A program made the position numbers and the translations under genes. DNA of 63,944 nt, filler included, from Lama guanicoe (Eukaryota): assembly GCA_013239625.1 (NCBI GenBank). It is 74 parts of 73 records of this genome, joined end to end, with 100 filler letters (N's around TTAATTAATTAA, not from the genome) between each part and the next. Parts side by side here need not be neighbours in the genome. Positions count along the whole stretch, not along the records: positions 25,309 to 26,054 come from PNXV01015802.1; positions 26,155 to 26,917 come from PNXV01015814.1; positions 27,018 to 27,933 come from MU055700.1; positions 28,034 to 28,766 come from PNXV01015817.1; positions 28,867 to 29,183 come from PNXV01015820.1; positions 29,284 to 30,533 come from MU055701.1; positions 30,634 to 31,031 come from MU055702.1; positions 31,132 to 31,891 come from PNXV01015830.1; 66 more parts are not named here. One strand, given 5' to 3'. Positions 25,309-36,941 of this stretch are shown piece by piece. The notes under the pieces were generated by a model. It searched no databases. It was given only the letters and a program-made list of their open reading frames with translations, and had not been told where the DNA came from. Positions within the stretch are counted from its first letter, which is position 1. Every line of letters begins with the position of its first letter.

Positions 25309-26054
25309 GATGATCATAGACGCCAAATTCTTCACCAAAATTTTAGCAAATAGAATCTGACAACACATAAAAAGATTATACATCATGACCAAGTGGGGTT
25401 CATCCCAGGTTCACAATGCTGGTTCAACATACGCAAATCAATCAATGTAATACATCACATCAACTAGACAAAGGACAAAAACCACATGATCATCTCAATC
25501 AATGCAGAAAAAGCATTTGGTAAAATTCAACACCCATTTATGATTAAAAACTCCCACCAACGTGGGTATAGAGGGAACATATCTCAACATAATAAAAGCT
25601 ATATATGACAAACTTGCAGCCAGCATAGCTCTCAACACTGAAAAACTCAAAAGCTTCCCACTAAAATCTGGGACAAGACAATGATGCCCACTATCACCAC
25701 TCCTATTCAACATAGCCCTGGAAGTCCTAGCCACAGTAATCAGGCAAGAGAAAGAAATAAAAGGGATCCAAATTGGAAAAGAAGCGGTAAAATTGTCATT
25801 ATATGCTGACGACATGTTACTATATATAGAAAACCCAAAAAGGTCCACACAAAAGCTACTGGAGCTGATTGAAGATTTCAGCAAGGTAGCAGGTTACAAA
25901 ATTAATGTTCAAAAATCAGTTGCATTTCTTTACACTAACGATAAATCAACAGAATAAGAAAGTAAGGAAACAATTAGGAAACAATTCCCTCTAACTGGGA
26001 ATAATTCTAACCAAGGAAGTGAAAGAATTATACACAGAAAACTATAAACCATTG
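25309..26054 (+). mobile_element. LINE-1 ORF2 reverse-transcriptase fragment with stops
   Basis: [59 protein letters not shown]. Confidence 0.95.
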
Positions 26055-27017
26055 NNNNNNNNNNNNNNNNNNNNNNNNNNNNNNNNNNNNNNNNNNNNTT
26101 AATTAATTAANNNNNNNNNNNNNNNNNNNNNNNNNNNNNNNNNNNNNNNNNNNNAATCATCTCACATCGAGAACAAACACTTTGGGAAACAGAGGTTGTT
26201 TATAATTTTATGGTATTCTGGTGGAAATAATGCCCTGAGTCATGTGAAGTTGTGGCTGCAAATTGAACAGGGGACTGGACATTTTCACATTCAGGACAAA
26301 AATAGCCCCTGGATAGCCACCATATCTGCTCTCCCCTTTGCCTGTTCACTTCAAAAGCTGCAGGACTCTCCTGCTTGCAATAACACCCAACACTTCTCAC
26401 AAATTCTTGCCAAGTTCACATCAGCAGCTGGTGGTGTCAAAGTCACCATTTGTACTGCTATGAAGTCCCTCCATTACTTTATATCCCTTCTATTTTCTCT
26501 GTTGTCTTCCTAGCTACACTTGCATTCACAAGATGGTTACCACACTAACATTGCCTCTGTAATCAGTCCAGGATATAAGAAGTAGGGATTAAACTGTAAC
26601 CAGTCCCAGAATACTTGTCATGCCACTCTAGTGTCCCAAAAAATACTCTGGCATCCCTCATCTCACTCAAAGAACCATTGCATTACTTAGAGTTTGTAAA
26701 ATTAGAGGGATTTCTCTACTGGGAAACACTGTGGCTTATGGTAGAGTTGTGATTTCAGTTTTTGCAACTAGTCACAGGCAAAAAGACATGGTCCGCAAAT
26801 TTTCTTCAAGCGTTTGGTATTTAAACTTTAATTAGATACAGAGCCGGTGGACTAAACGTAATCTATGGACATATGGTCATATTATCAAATAATGTTCATG
26901 TCTACCTTACAGACATGNNNNNNNNNNNNNNNNNNNNNNNNNNNNNNNNNNNNNNNNNNNNTTAATTAATTAANNNNNNNNNNNNNNNNNNNNNNNNNNN
27001 NNNNNNNNNNNNNNNNN

Positions 27018-27933
27018 TAGAATATAGAATACAGAATACATAATATAAATTTCAGAATATAGAATTTAGAACACAGAATATAGAATAAAGAAAAGAGAAT
27101 ATAGAAGACAGAATATAGAACATGGAATTCAGAACACAGAATTTAGAATATAGAATACAGAATACTGAATATCGAATTTAGAATATAAATGCAGAACACA
27201 GAATATAGAATATAGAATACGGAATGAAGAATATAGAATACAGAATATAGAATGTTGAACACAGAATATAGATATAAGAAAACAGAATACAGAACCCAGA
27301 ATCAAGAAAATGGAATGCAGAGCACACAATTTAAAATATAGAATACGGAATACTGAATATAAAATTTAGAATATAGAAAGTAGAACAGAGAATATGGAAT
27401 GTAGAATACGGAATGCAGGGTATTGAATACAGAATATAGAATGTTGAACACAGAATATAGATATAAGAAAACAGAATACAGAACCCAGAATCAAGAAAAT
27501 GGAATGCAGAGCACACAATTTAAAATATAGAATACGGAATACTGAATATAAAATTTAGAATATAGAAAGTAGAACAGAGAATATGGAATGTAGAATACGG
27601 AATGCAGGGTATTGAATACAGAATATAGAATATGGAACACAGAATTAAAATATGGAAAACAGAATGTAGAACCCAGAATATAGAAAATGAAATGCAGAAC
27701 ACAGAATTTAGAATATAGAATACGGAATACTGAATATAGAATTTAGAACATGGNNNNNNNNNNNNNNNNNNNNNNNNNNNNNNNNNNNNNNNNNNNNNNN
27801 NNNNNNNNNNNNNNNNNNNNNNNNNNNNNNNNNNNNNNNNNNNNNNNNNNNNNNNNNNNTTAACCCAGAATTTATAACATGGATTTCAGAACACAGAATT
27901 TAGAATATAGAATACAGAATAATTAATATAGAA
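27018..27933 (+). repeat. Heptamer satellite family A with a 189-bp near-perfect duplication
   Basis: Diagnostic agcacacaat at 27321 and 27510. Confidence 0.95.
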
Positions 27934-28569
27934 NNNNNNNNNNNNNNNNNNNNNNNNNNNNNNNNNNNNNNNNNNNNTTAATTAATTAANNNNNNNNNNN
28001 NNNNNNNNNNNNNNNNNNNNNNNNNNNNNNNNNAAGAGTAGACAGGTGATAAGTGTCTTCTTTGTTACTGATGAAGCCAAGTCCTCCATGAACTTTAGGT
28101 CTGTGGGAAAATCCGTGTCATGATACTGTGTCTCAGTATTAGAGACTCATGCTATCCCATGTAGCTCTGGGCCACAGCGAGCCTTCCCTTGAGAGGACCT
28201 GCCCCTTCATGCACAGTGCTGTCCTGCCATGGAGCTGAGCATGCCGGGTGCTTCCCAAGGGTGGCCAACACTGGAGGGAAAGAAAGGGTTACAAATGCCC
28301 TGCTTGTCTCCCCGGACTCACACAGAGGAGGGCTAACTGTGGGCCAGGGGCCAGGAGTGTGAAGGAAGAAGCACACTCCATGGCCCAGAGGAGTGGTTAG
28401 GAGGCATCACCTCCCTCGGTTTAAACAGGTGGTCAGATGGAAGAGAAGGGTGCTCCCCAAGAGTTTATGAAAGTAGAAATAAGGATTTTCTTTGGGAATT
28501 AGACTAGCCAGGAAACACATAAGATGATTAGAAGGGAGACTTGTAAATCACTTTGATATTAAGTTGAAG

Positions 28570-28766
28570 TTTGTTGAGCACCAAAAATGTGCTACATTCT
28601 TTTCTGAGTGTTTTACAGAAATGAATCCTTCAATCTTCTCAACAAGCGAGTAAGGAAGGTTTGATTGTTATCCCAGGTTTACAGTGTTTAAATTGAGGGA
28701 TGCAGAGGGTAAGTAACTTGTCCAAAATCACAGAACTAGCAAGTGGCAGAGCTGGTATTGAAACCC
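28570..28766 (-). mobile_element. MIR SINE remnant
   Basis: gagggtaagtaacttgtccaaaatcacagaactagcaagtggcagagctggtattgaaccc-like core. Confidence 0.75.
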
Positions 28767-29283
28767 NNNNNNNNNNNNNNNNNNNNNNNNNNNNNNNNNN
28801 NNNNNNNNNNTTAATTAATTAANNNNNNNNNNNNNNNNNNNNNNNNNNNNNNNNNNNNNNNNNNNNTCTCCAATCCGCAAGACATCCCTTCGGAGCACTG
28901 AGAGTCTACAAGGTGTAGTCATAAAGCCGTAACCGCAAAAGCTGTGCTATCCTGCACTTACGAGGAACGAGCAGCTGTGCTCGGCCTGCCCACGTGCGTC
29001 ATTTACGACCCACAGCACCTCTACGGGGGAGGGATGACTAGCGAGCCCTGTCTCTGCAGGACAGAAAAAAAGTCCGGGAGAGGCTAAGCCGACCTACAAG
29101 TTCTCCATCTCACAGGACTTGTCACTCCAGACCCGGACTCGAACTCGGCCCACGTTTGTAACCACAGTACTACCGTACTTTATNNNNNNNNNNNNNNNNN
29201 NNNNNNNNNNNNNNNNNNNNNNNNNNNTTAATTAATTAANNNNNNNNNNNNNNNNNNNNNNNNNNNNNNNNNNNNNNNNNNNN

Positions 29284-30533
29284 CAAAACTGTGCACGTGG
29301 AGAGACGATCTTTCATCTAGCACAAAGGGAACTGTTTGCAGGAGAAACACATTCTCTGGTTTCTCAGTCTGTTTCCTAGTGCCGGTTTGAAGTTCCTGCA
29401 TTTTTCACTGTAAAACGTGTTGAAACTTGTACCGCACCATATAAATTTATGTAGTGGAGTTTGCAAATGAAGACAAANNNNNNNNNNNNNNNNNNNNNNN
29501 NNNNNNNNNNNNNNNNNNNNNNNNNNNNNNNNNNNNNNNNNNNNNNNNNNNNNNNNNNNNNNNNNNNNNNNNNNNNNNNNNNNNNNNNNNNNNNNNNNNN
29601 NNNNNNNNNNNNNNNNNNNNNNNNNNNNNNNNNNNNNNNNNNNNNNNNNNNNNNNNNNNNNNNNNNNNNNNNNNNNNNNNNNNNNNNNNNNNNNNNNNNN
29701 NNNNNNNNNNNNNNNNNNNNNNNNNNNNNNNNNNNNNNNNNNNNNNNNNNNNNNNNCTTAACTCTCAAAACTGAGCATCTGGAAAGACGTCCGTTCATCT
29801 AGCACAAAGGTAATATGTTGCAGGAGAAACACTTACTCTGGTTTCTCAGTCTGTTTCCTAGTGCCGGTTTGAAGTTCCTGCAGTTTTCACTGTAAAACCG
29901 ATTTGGAGCTTGTACCTCCCCTTATATATGTATCGATTGGAGTTTGCAACTGAAGAGGAACTTGGTGTTCCCAACAAGCTACATCAAGCACGGCTTTTTC
30001 ACACGTTTAACTCTCAAAACTGAGCATGTGAAGAGACGTTTATTCATCTAGCACAAAGGGACCAGGTTGCATTGGAAACAATTACTCTGGTTTCTCAGTC
30101 TGTTTCCTAATGCCGTTTTGAAGTTCCTGCAGTTTTCACTGTAAACCTGAGTTTTAGCATATATCTCCATATATATTTGTATGTAGTGGAGTTTGCAACT
30201 GAAGAGGAACTTGGTGTTCCCAACAAGCTACATCAAGCACGGCTTTTTCACACGTTTAACTCTCAAAATTGAACATGTGGAGACGTTCGTTCATCTAGCA
30301 CAATGGGAACCGTATGCAGGTGAAACACTTTCTCTGGTTTTTTAGTCTGTTTCCTAGACGCGGTTTGAAGTTCCTGCAGTTTTCACTGTAAACCTGAGTT
30401 TTAGCATATATCTCCATATATATTTGTATGTAGTGGAGTTTGCAACTGAAGAGAAACTTTGTTTTCCCATCAAGTTAAGGGAAAGAAGGCTTTCATACAC
30501 GCTTAACTCTGAAAACTGAGCATGTTTATAGAC
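29284..30533 (+). repeat. ~249-bp satellite family D
   Basis: catctagcac anchors at 29796, 30045 and 30292 (spacing 249, 247). Confidence 0.93.
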
Positions 30534-30633
30534 NNNNNNNNNNNNNNNNNNNNNNNNNNNNNNNNNNNNNNNNNNNNTTAATTAATTAANNNNNNNNNNN
30601 NNNNNNNNNNNNNNNNNNNNNNNNNNNNNNNNN

Positions 30634-31005
30634 CAGAAACCTCAGTGCTTAGGCTGGTCTTGCCTGTGCATCCGGCCCCCTGTTCAGAGGCTCTTCCTCC
30701 CCTGCAGGAGGAAGTTTCCACTCTCCACAGGGACAACCCCTCAAGGGAGCCCTCTTCTCCCCCTCAGCACGGTAGGTGTCGCGCTGCCACATTAGGACTG
30801 CAGGTGCCCAGGTCTGCTAATCAGACCAGCAGCCTCAGAGCCAGGGATTATGCCCAGGCCACCCTGCAAACCTACTGCACTCTTCACCGTCCCCAGCCAG
30901 CAGAAAGTCACAGCCCCCACCCAATCCAGAAGCCTCTTCATTTGCCAGCACAGCTGATAACTGGTTTCCAATCTTTGGTCAGTTTCGTACAAAAGAGCAC
31001 CTTCA
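30634..31005 (+). repeat. Low-copy duplicated segment, paralog of about 38090-38485
   Basis: Colinear similarity ggctggtcttgcctgtgcatccgg...ccaatc..gaagcctcttcatttgccagcac...agcaccttc with short indels. Confidence 0.9.
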
Positions 31006-31131
31006 AATGTGAAGCAGGAGGTTTGGTTTTCNNNNNNNNNNNNNNNNNNNNNNNNNNNNNNNNNNNNNNNNNNNNTTAATTAATTAANNNNNNNNNNNNN
31101 NNNNNNNNNNNNNNNNNNNNNNNNNNNNNNN

Positions 31132-31892
31132 GGTGACTTTAAGGTGCGGGGGTGGCGATGGCGGAGGTAGAAGACCTGCAGCGCAGGGCCTGTCAATTTG
31201 CTCTCGTCTTCCCCACGACCAATCCTGGGGGCGTCCTCTGCTGCCCAAGAAGCCGGATGCCCGTCTCCAGGTCAGCTTGCTCCTGGGAGACGGGCCCGAT
31301 GAGGTCGAGGGGCAGAAGCAGTTGCGACGGCCTGCTGCCCCGCCTAATGGGGCCACTTCTTCTCCTCTCCCCTGACCTGGCCTGGGGACGTCCTCTCCGG
31401 CGCAAGATTCGCCTGACACCCCACACCCGGTCTGATTGCTCCTGGGAGGTGGGCGCAGTGAGATCAGGAGGTGGAGAGGACAGGGGGCTGCCCCTGGAGA
31501 GCTGGAGGATAAGCACCAATCTCTCTGGAGGCCTGACGTGGGGGCGGCCTCTGCTGCCCCTCGTATCATATTTCCCCGGGGTTGCAGTAGGGTGCGGGGG
31601 CCGCGGGGTGTTGGCGGGGGTATGAAGCCTGCTGCTTGGGAGCAGGGGGTTTAGCTCCCATCTTTTCCGCAGCTTGGCCTGAGGGCAGCCTCTCTTGCTC
31701 CAGGTCGCAAAGCAGTTTCCCTGACAGCTTAGCCACCAGAGGTGGGCAGGATGGGCTGAGAGCACTGAGGCAGCCGCCAAGGCAGCGACGGAGGGGGCTG
31801 TCCCTGGTCAGCTGATCAATTTGTTCCCATCTCAACATTTGTTGCCCCAGTTTCGCAGAACGCCCTTGTCCAGTTTATTCTTCTCCAGGGAN
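31132..31892 (+). repeat. GC-rich degenerate ~155-bp tandem repeat (family E)
   Basis: cctggggg(c/a)g(t/g)cctct anchors at about 31224, 31381, 31537 and 31678; related to the reverse complement of 40668-41110. Confidence 0.65.
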
Positions 31893-31991
31893 NNNNNNNN
31901 NNNNNNNNNNNNNNNNNNNNNNNNNNNNNNNNNNNTTAATTAATTAANNNNNNNNNNNNNNNNNNNNNNNNNNNNNNNNNNNNNNNNNNNN

Positions 31992-32593
31992 TGGTTTCTA
32001 AATTCTCTTTTATATATTGAATATTTGTGTTCTTCATTCTCTATTCTGCATTCTATATTCTGCATTCCGTATTATATATTCTATATTCAGTGTTCTACAT
32101 TCTATATACTAAATTCTATATTCAGTATTCTGTATTCTATATTCTAAATTCTGCGTTTTGCATTCTATGTTCAAAATTTTATATTCAGTATTCTGTATTC
32201 TATATTCTAAATTCTGTGTTCTGCATTCCATGTTCTAAATTCTATATTCAGTTTTCTGTATTATAAATTCTAAATTCTGTGTTCTGCATCNNNNNNNNNN
32301 NNNNNNNNNNNNNNNNNNNNNNNNNNNNNNNNNNNNNNNNNNNNNNNNNNNNNNNNNNNNNNNNNNNNNNNNNNNNNNNNNNNNNNNNNNNNNNNNNNNN
32401 NNNNNNNNNNNNNNNNNNNNNNNNNNNNNNNNNNNNNNNNNNNNNNNNNNNNNNNNNNNNNNNNNNNNNNNNNNNNNNNNNNNNNNNNNNNNNNTCTCTA
32501 TTCTATATTCTATACTTTGTATTTTTCATTCTATATTCTACATACGATATTTTGATTTCCGTATTCTATATTCTATATTCTTGTGTTCTACAT
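31992..32593 (-). repeat. Heptamer satellite family A
   Basis: Tandem ATATTCT-type units. Confidence 0.95.
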
Positions 32594-32823
32594 NNNNNNN
32601 NNNNNNNNNNNNNNNNNNNNNNNNNNNNNNNNNNNNNTTAATTAATTAANNNNNNNNNNNNNNNNNNNNNNNNNNNNNNNNNNNNNNNNNNNNTAGCAAA
32701 ATCATAACATTCTGTGCAACCAGAACAAGATACATGCATGCAGAGTATTTATCTATATAGATGTTCTAAGAAATTTGAATAGGATTATGTACAGAATAGA
32801 GAAAATATATAGAAATATATATA

Positions 32824-33257
32824 TCCTCCTCCACCTCCTCCTCCTACTCCTCCTCCACCTCCTATTCCTCCTCCTCCACTTCATCATCCTCCTCATCCAC
32901 CTCCTCCTCCTTATCCACCTCTTCCTCCTCCTTCACCTCCACCTCTTCCTCCACCTCCTCCTCTTCCACCTCCTCCTTCTCCCCCTCCTCCTCCTCCACC
33001 TCCTCCTCTGCAACATTTCCTCTTCCCCTGCCACCTCCACTTCCACCACCTCCTCCACCTCCTCCTCCACCTCCTACTCCTCCAACTTCTCCACGTCCTC
33101 CTCATCCTCATTCTGCACCTGCTTCTCCACATCATCCTCCTCCTCATCCTACACCTCCTCCTCCTCCTCCTCCACCTCCTCCTCCTCCTCCACCTCCTCC
33201 TCCTCCTCCCCCCCCCCCTCCTTCTCCCACTCCTCCTCCTCCCCCCCCCCCCCCTCC
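32824..33257 (+). repeat. (CCT/CCA)n low-complexity pyrimidine-rich tract
   Basis: About 430 bp of TCC/CCA triplets ending in C runs. Confidence 0.95.
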
Positions 33258-33357
33258 NNNNNNNNNNNNNNNNNNNNNNNNNNNNNNNNNNNNNNNNNNN
33301 NTTAATTAATTAANNNNNNNNNNNNNNNNNNNNNNNNNNNNNNNNNNNNNNNNNNNN

Positions 33358-34102
33358 CCCATATATATGTATGGAGTGGAGTTTGCACCTGAAGAGAAAC
33401 TTTGTGATCCCAACAATCTAGGTGAAGGACGGCTTTCACACATGCTTATCTATCAAAACTGAGCATGTGGAGAGACGTTCGTTCATCTAGCACAAAGGGA
33501 ACTGGTTGCAGGAGAAACACTTACTCTGGTTTCTCAGTCTGTTTCCTAGTGCCNNNNNNNNNNNNNNNNNNNNNNNNNNNNNNNNNNNNNNNNNNNNNNN
33601 NNNNNNNNNNNNNNNNNNNNNNNNNNNNNNNNNNNNNNNNNNNNNNNNNNNNNNNAACAAGCTAGTGAAGGACGGTTTTCACACACGCTTAACTTTCAAA
33701 ACTGAGCATGTGGAGAGACGTTCGTTCATCTAGCACAAAGGGAACAGTTTGCAGGAGAAACACTTACTTTGGTTTCTCAGTCTGTTTCCTACTGTCGTTT
33801 TGAATTTCCTGCAGTTTTCACTGTAAAACCGAGTTGGAGCTCGTACCTCCCCATATATATGTATGGATTGGAGTCTGCAACTGAAGAGAAACTTTGTGTT
33901 CCCAACAAGCTAGGTGAAGGACGGCTTTCACACACGCTTAACTTTCAAAACTGAGCATGTGGAGAGACGTTCGTTCATCTTGCACAAAGGGAATAGGTTG
34001 CAGGGGAAACACTTACTCTGGTTTCTCAGTCTCTTTCCTAGTACCGGTGTGATGTTCCTGCAGTTTTCACTGTAAAATCGAGTTGGAGCTTGTACCTCCC
34101 CA
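33358..34102 (+). repeat. ~249-bp satellite family D
   Basis: Anchors at 33727 and 33976 (spacing 249). Confidence 0.93.
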
Positions 34103-34202
34103 NNNNNNNNNNNNNNNNNNNNNNNNNNNNNNNNNNNNNNNNNNNNTTAATTAATTAANNNNNNNNNNNNNNNNNNNNNNNNNNNNNNNNNNNNNNNNNN
34201 NN

Positions 34203-35979
34203 CCGTATTCTACATTCCATATTCTGTGTTCTACATTCTTTATTCTAAATTGTATATTCATTATTCTGTAGTATATACACTAAATTCTTTGTTCTGAATT
34301 CCATGTTCTAAATTTTGCGTTCTATATTCTGTTTTCCATATTCTATATTTTGTGTTCAACATTCTATATCCTTTATTCAATATTCTAAATTTCGTATCCT
34401 ATATTCTATATTCTGAGTTCTACATTCTATATTATAAGTTCAATATTCAGTATTCTGTTTTCTATATTCTAAATTTTGTGTTCTAAATTCCATGTCCTAA
34501 ATTCTGGGTTCTATATTCTCTATTTTATTTTCTATATTCTGTGTCCAACATTCGATATTCTAAGTACTATATTCAGCATTCTGAGCTCTATATTCTAAAT
34601 TCTGTGTTCTACATTCTATATTCTATATTCTATATTCAGTTCTATGTATTCTATATTCTAAATTCTGAGTTCTGCATTCCATGGTCTAAATTCTGGGTTC
34701 TGTATTCTGTTTTCCATATTCTATATTCTGTGTTCTACATTCTATAATCTAAAATCTATATTCAGTATTCTGTATTCTATATTCTAAATTCTGTGTTCTA
34801 CATTCTATATTCTATATTCTATATTCAGTTCTATGTATTCTATATTCTAAATTCTGAGTTCTGCATTCCATGGTCTAAATTCTGGGTTCTGTATTCTGTT
34901 TTCCATATTCTACATGCTGTGTTCTACATTCTATATTCTGTGTTCTATATTTTGTATCCCATATTCCACATTCTATATTCTGTGTCCTACATTGTATAAT
35001 CTAAATTCTATGTTAAATATTCCGTATTCTATATTCTATACTCTGTGTTCTGCATTCTATATTCTAANNNNNNNNNNNNNNNNNNNNNNNNNNNNNNNNN
35101 NNNNNNNNNNNTTAATTAATTAANNNNNNNNNNNNNNNNNNNNNNNNNNNNNNNNNNNNNNNNNNNNATACAGAATCCTGAATTTAGAATTTTGAATATA
35201 GAATGTAGAACAGAGATTTCAGAATATAGAATACAGAATACTGAATATAAAATATAGAATATAGAATGTAGAACACAGAATATACAATATATAATACGGA
35301 ATGCAGAATATAGAATACAGAATATAGAATTTAGAACACAGAATAAAGAATATGTAATACAGAATACAGAATACAGAATTTATAACATGGAANNNNNNNN
35401 NNNNNNNNNNNNNNNNNNNNNNNNNNNNNNNNNNNNNNNNNNNNNNNNNNNNNNNNNNNNNNNNNNNNNNNNNNNNNNNNNNNNNNNNNNNNNNNNNNNN
35501 NNNNNNNNNNNNNNNNNNNNNNNNNNNNNNNNNNNNNNNNNNNNNNNNNNNNNNNNNNNNNNNNNNNNNNNNNNNNNNNNNNNNNNNNNNNNNNNNNNNN
35601 NNNNNNNNNNNNNNNNNNNNNNNNNNNNNNNNNNNNNNNNNNNNNNNNNNNNNNNNNNNNNNNNNNNNNNNNNNNNNNNNNNNNNNNNNNNNNNNNNNNN
35701 NNNNNNNNNNNNNNNNNNNNNNNNNNNNNNNNNNNNNNNNNNNNNNNNNNNNNNNNNNNNNNNNNNNAGAACATGAAATGCAGAACATAGAATTTAGAAT
35801 ATAGAATAAAAATACTGAATATAGAATATAGAATATAGATTGTAGAACACAGAATATAGAATATAGTATACGGAAAGTAGAATATAGACTACAGAATATA
35901 GAATGTATGACACAGAATATAGAATACAGTGTAGAGAATCCAGAATTTAGAACATGGAATGCAGAACACAGAATTTAGA
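34203..35979. repeat. Heptamer satellite family A (two scaffolds, opposite orientations)
   Basis: Tandem heptamers; 189-bp duplication (aattctgagt at 34661 and 34850). Confidence 0.95.
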
Positions 35980-36079
35980 NNNNNNNNNNNNNNNNNNNNN
36001 NNNNNNNNNNNNNNNNNNNNNNNTTAATTAATTAANNNNNNNNNNNNNNNNNNNNNNNNNNNNNNNNNNNNNNNNNNNN

Positions 36080-36941
36080 GAGACAAGCTTAGGCATTCCG
36101 TTAGAACCAACGCGCTGCCGACCGTTGGAGGGACCTCCCCCCGCTCAGGATTCCGGAACCATTGTCAGTGCGTGGGTGAGCTCGAGTGACAACTCCACGC
36201 ATCTCTCTTCGTTCACAGGTGTTCCCTGTTCGGGGAAGTCTGAGAAATAACTTCCCTGGCCTTGGGGAGGCAGCCTCTGTCCCTGGGACTTCCTAAAACA
36301 CCCCACGCATTCCCTGGCACAGAAACATTAGTAAAACCCTCAGAGGAGACGAGCTTAGGCATTCCGTTAGAACCCACGCGCTGCCGACCGTTGGTGGAAC
36401 CTCCCCACGCTCAGGATTCCGGTACCATTGTTAGTGCGTGGGGGAGCTCGAGAGACAATTCAGTCACAGGTGTTCCCTGTTCGGGGAAGTCCGAGAAATA
36501 CCTTCCCTGCCCTTGGGGAGGCAGCCTCTGTCGCTGGGACTTCCTGCAATCCCCCCTAGCATTCCCTGGCATGGAGACATTAGGAAAACCCTTAGGGGAG
36601 ACGAGCCAAGGCATTCGGTTAGAACCAAAGTGCTGCCGACCGTTGGTGGAACCTCCCCACGCTCAGGATTCCGGAACCATTCTCAGTGCGTGGGGGAGCT
36701 CGAGAGACAACTCCACGCAGCTCTCTTCAGTCACAGGTGTTCCCTGTTCGGGGAAGTCCGAGAAATATCCTCCCTGACATTGGGGAGGCAGCCTCTGTCC
36801 CTGGGACATCCTGCAAACTCCCCTAGCATTCCCTGGCACAGAGATATTAGGAAAATCCTCAGGGGAGACGCGGTTATACATTCCGTTAGAAACCACGCGC
36901 TGTCGACCGTTGGTGGAAACTCCCCACGCTCAGGATTCCGG
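36080..36941 (+). repeat. ~267-bp CpG-rich satellite family B
   Basis: Unit anchors at 36082, 36348, 36600 and 36867 (spacing 266; 252 with a 15-bp deletion; 267). Confidence 0.95.

Noticed and set aside
32775..33305. His/Leu/Ser-rich 176-aa ORF or Glu/Gly-rich antisense ORF
   Set aside because: Translation of a simple (CCT)n tract with register shifts.
33715..33745. CENP-B box in satellite D (GACGTTCGTTCATCTAGCAC)
   Set aside because: Only the TTCG half matches; the A and CGGG core positions are absent.
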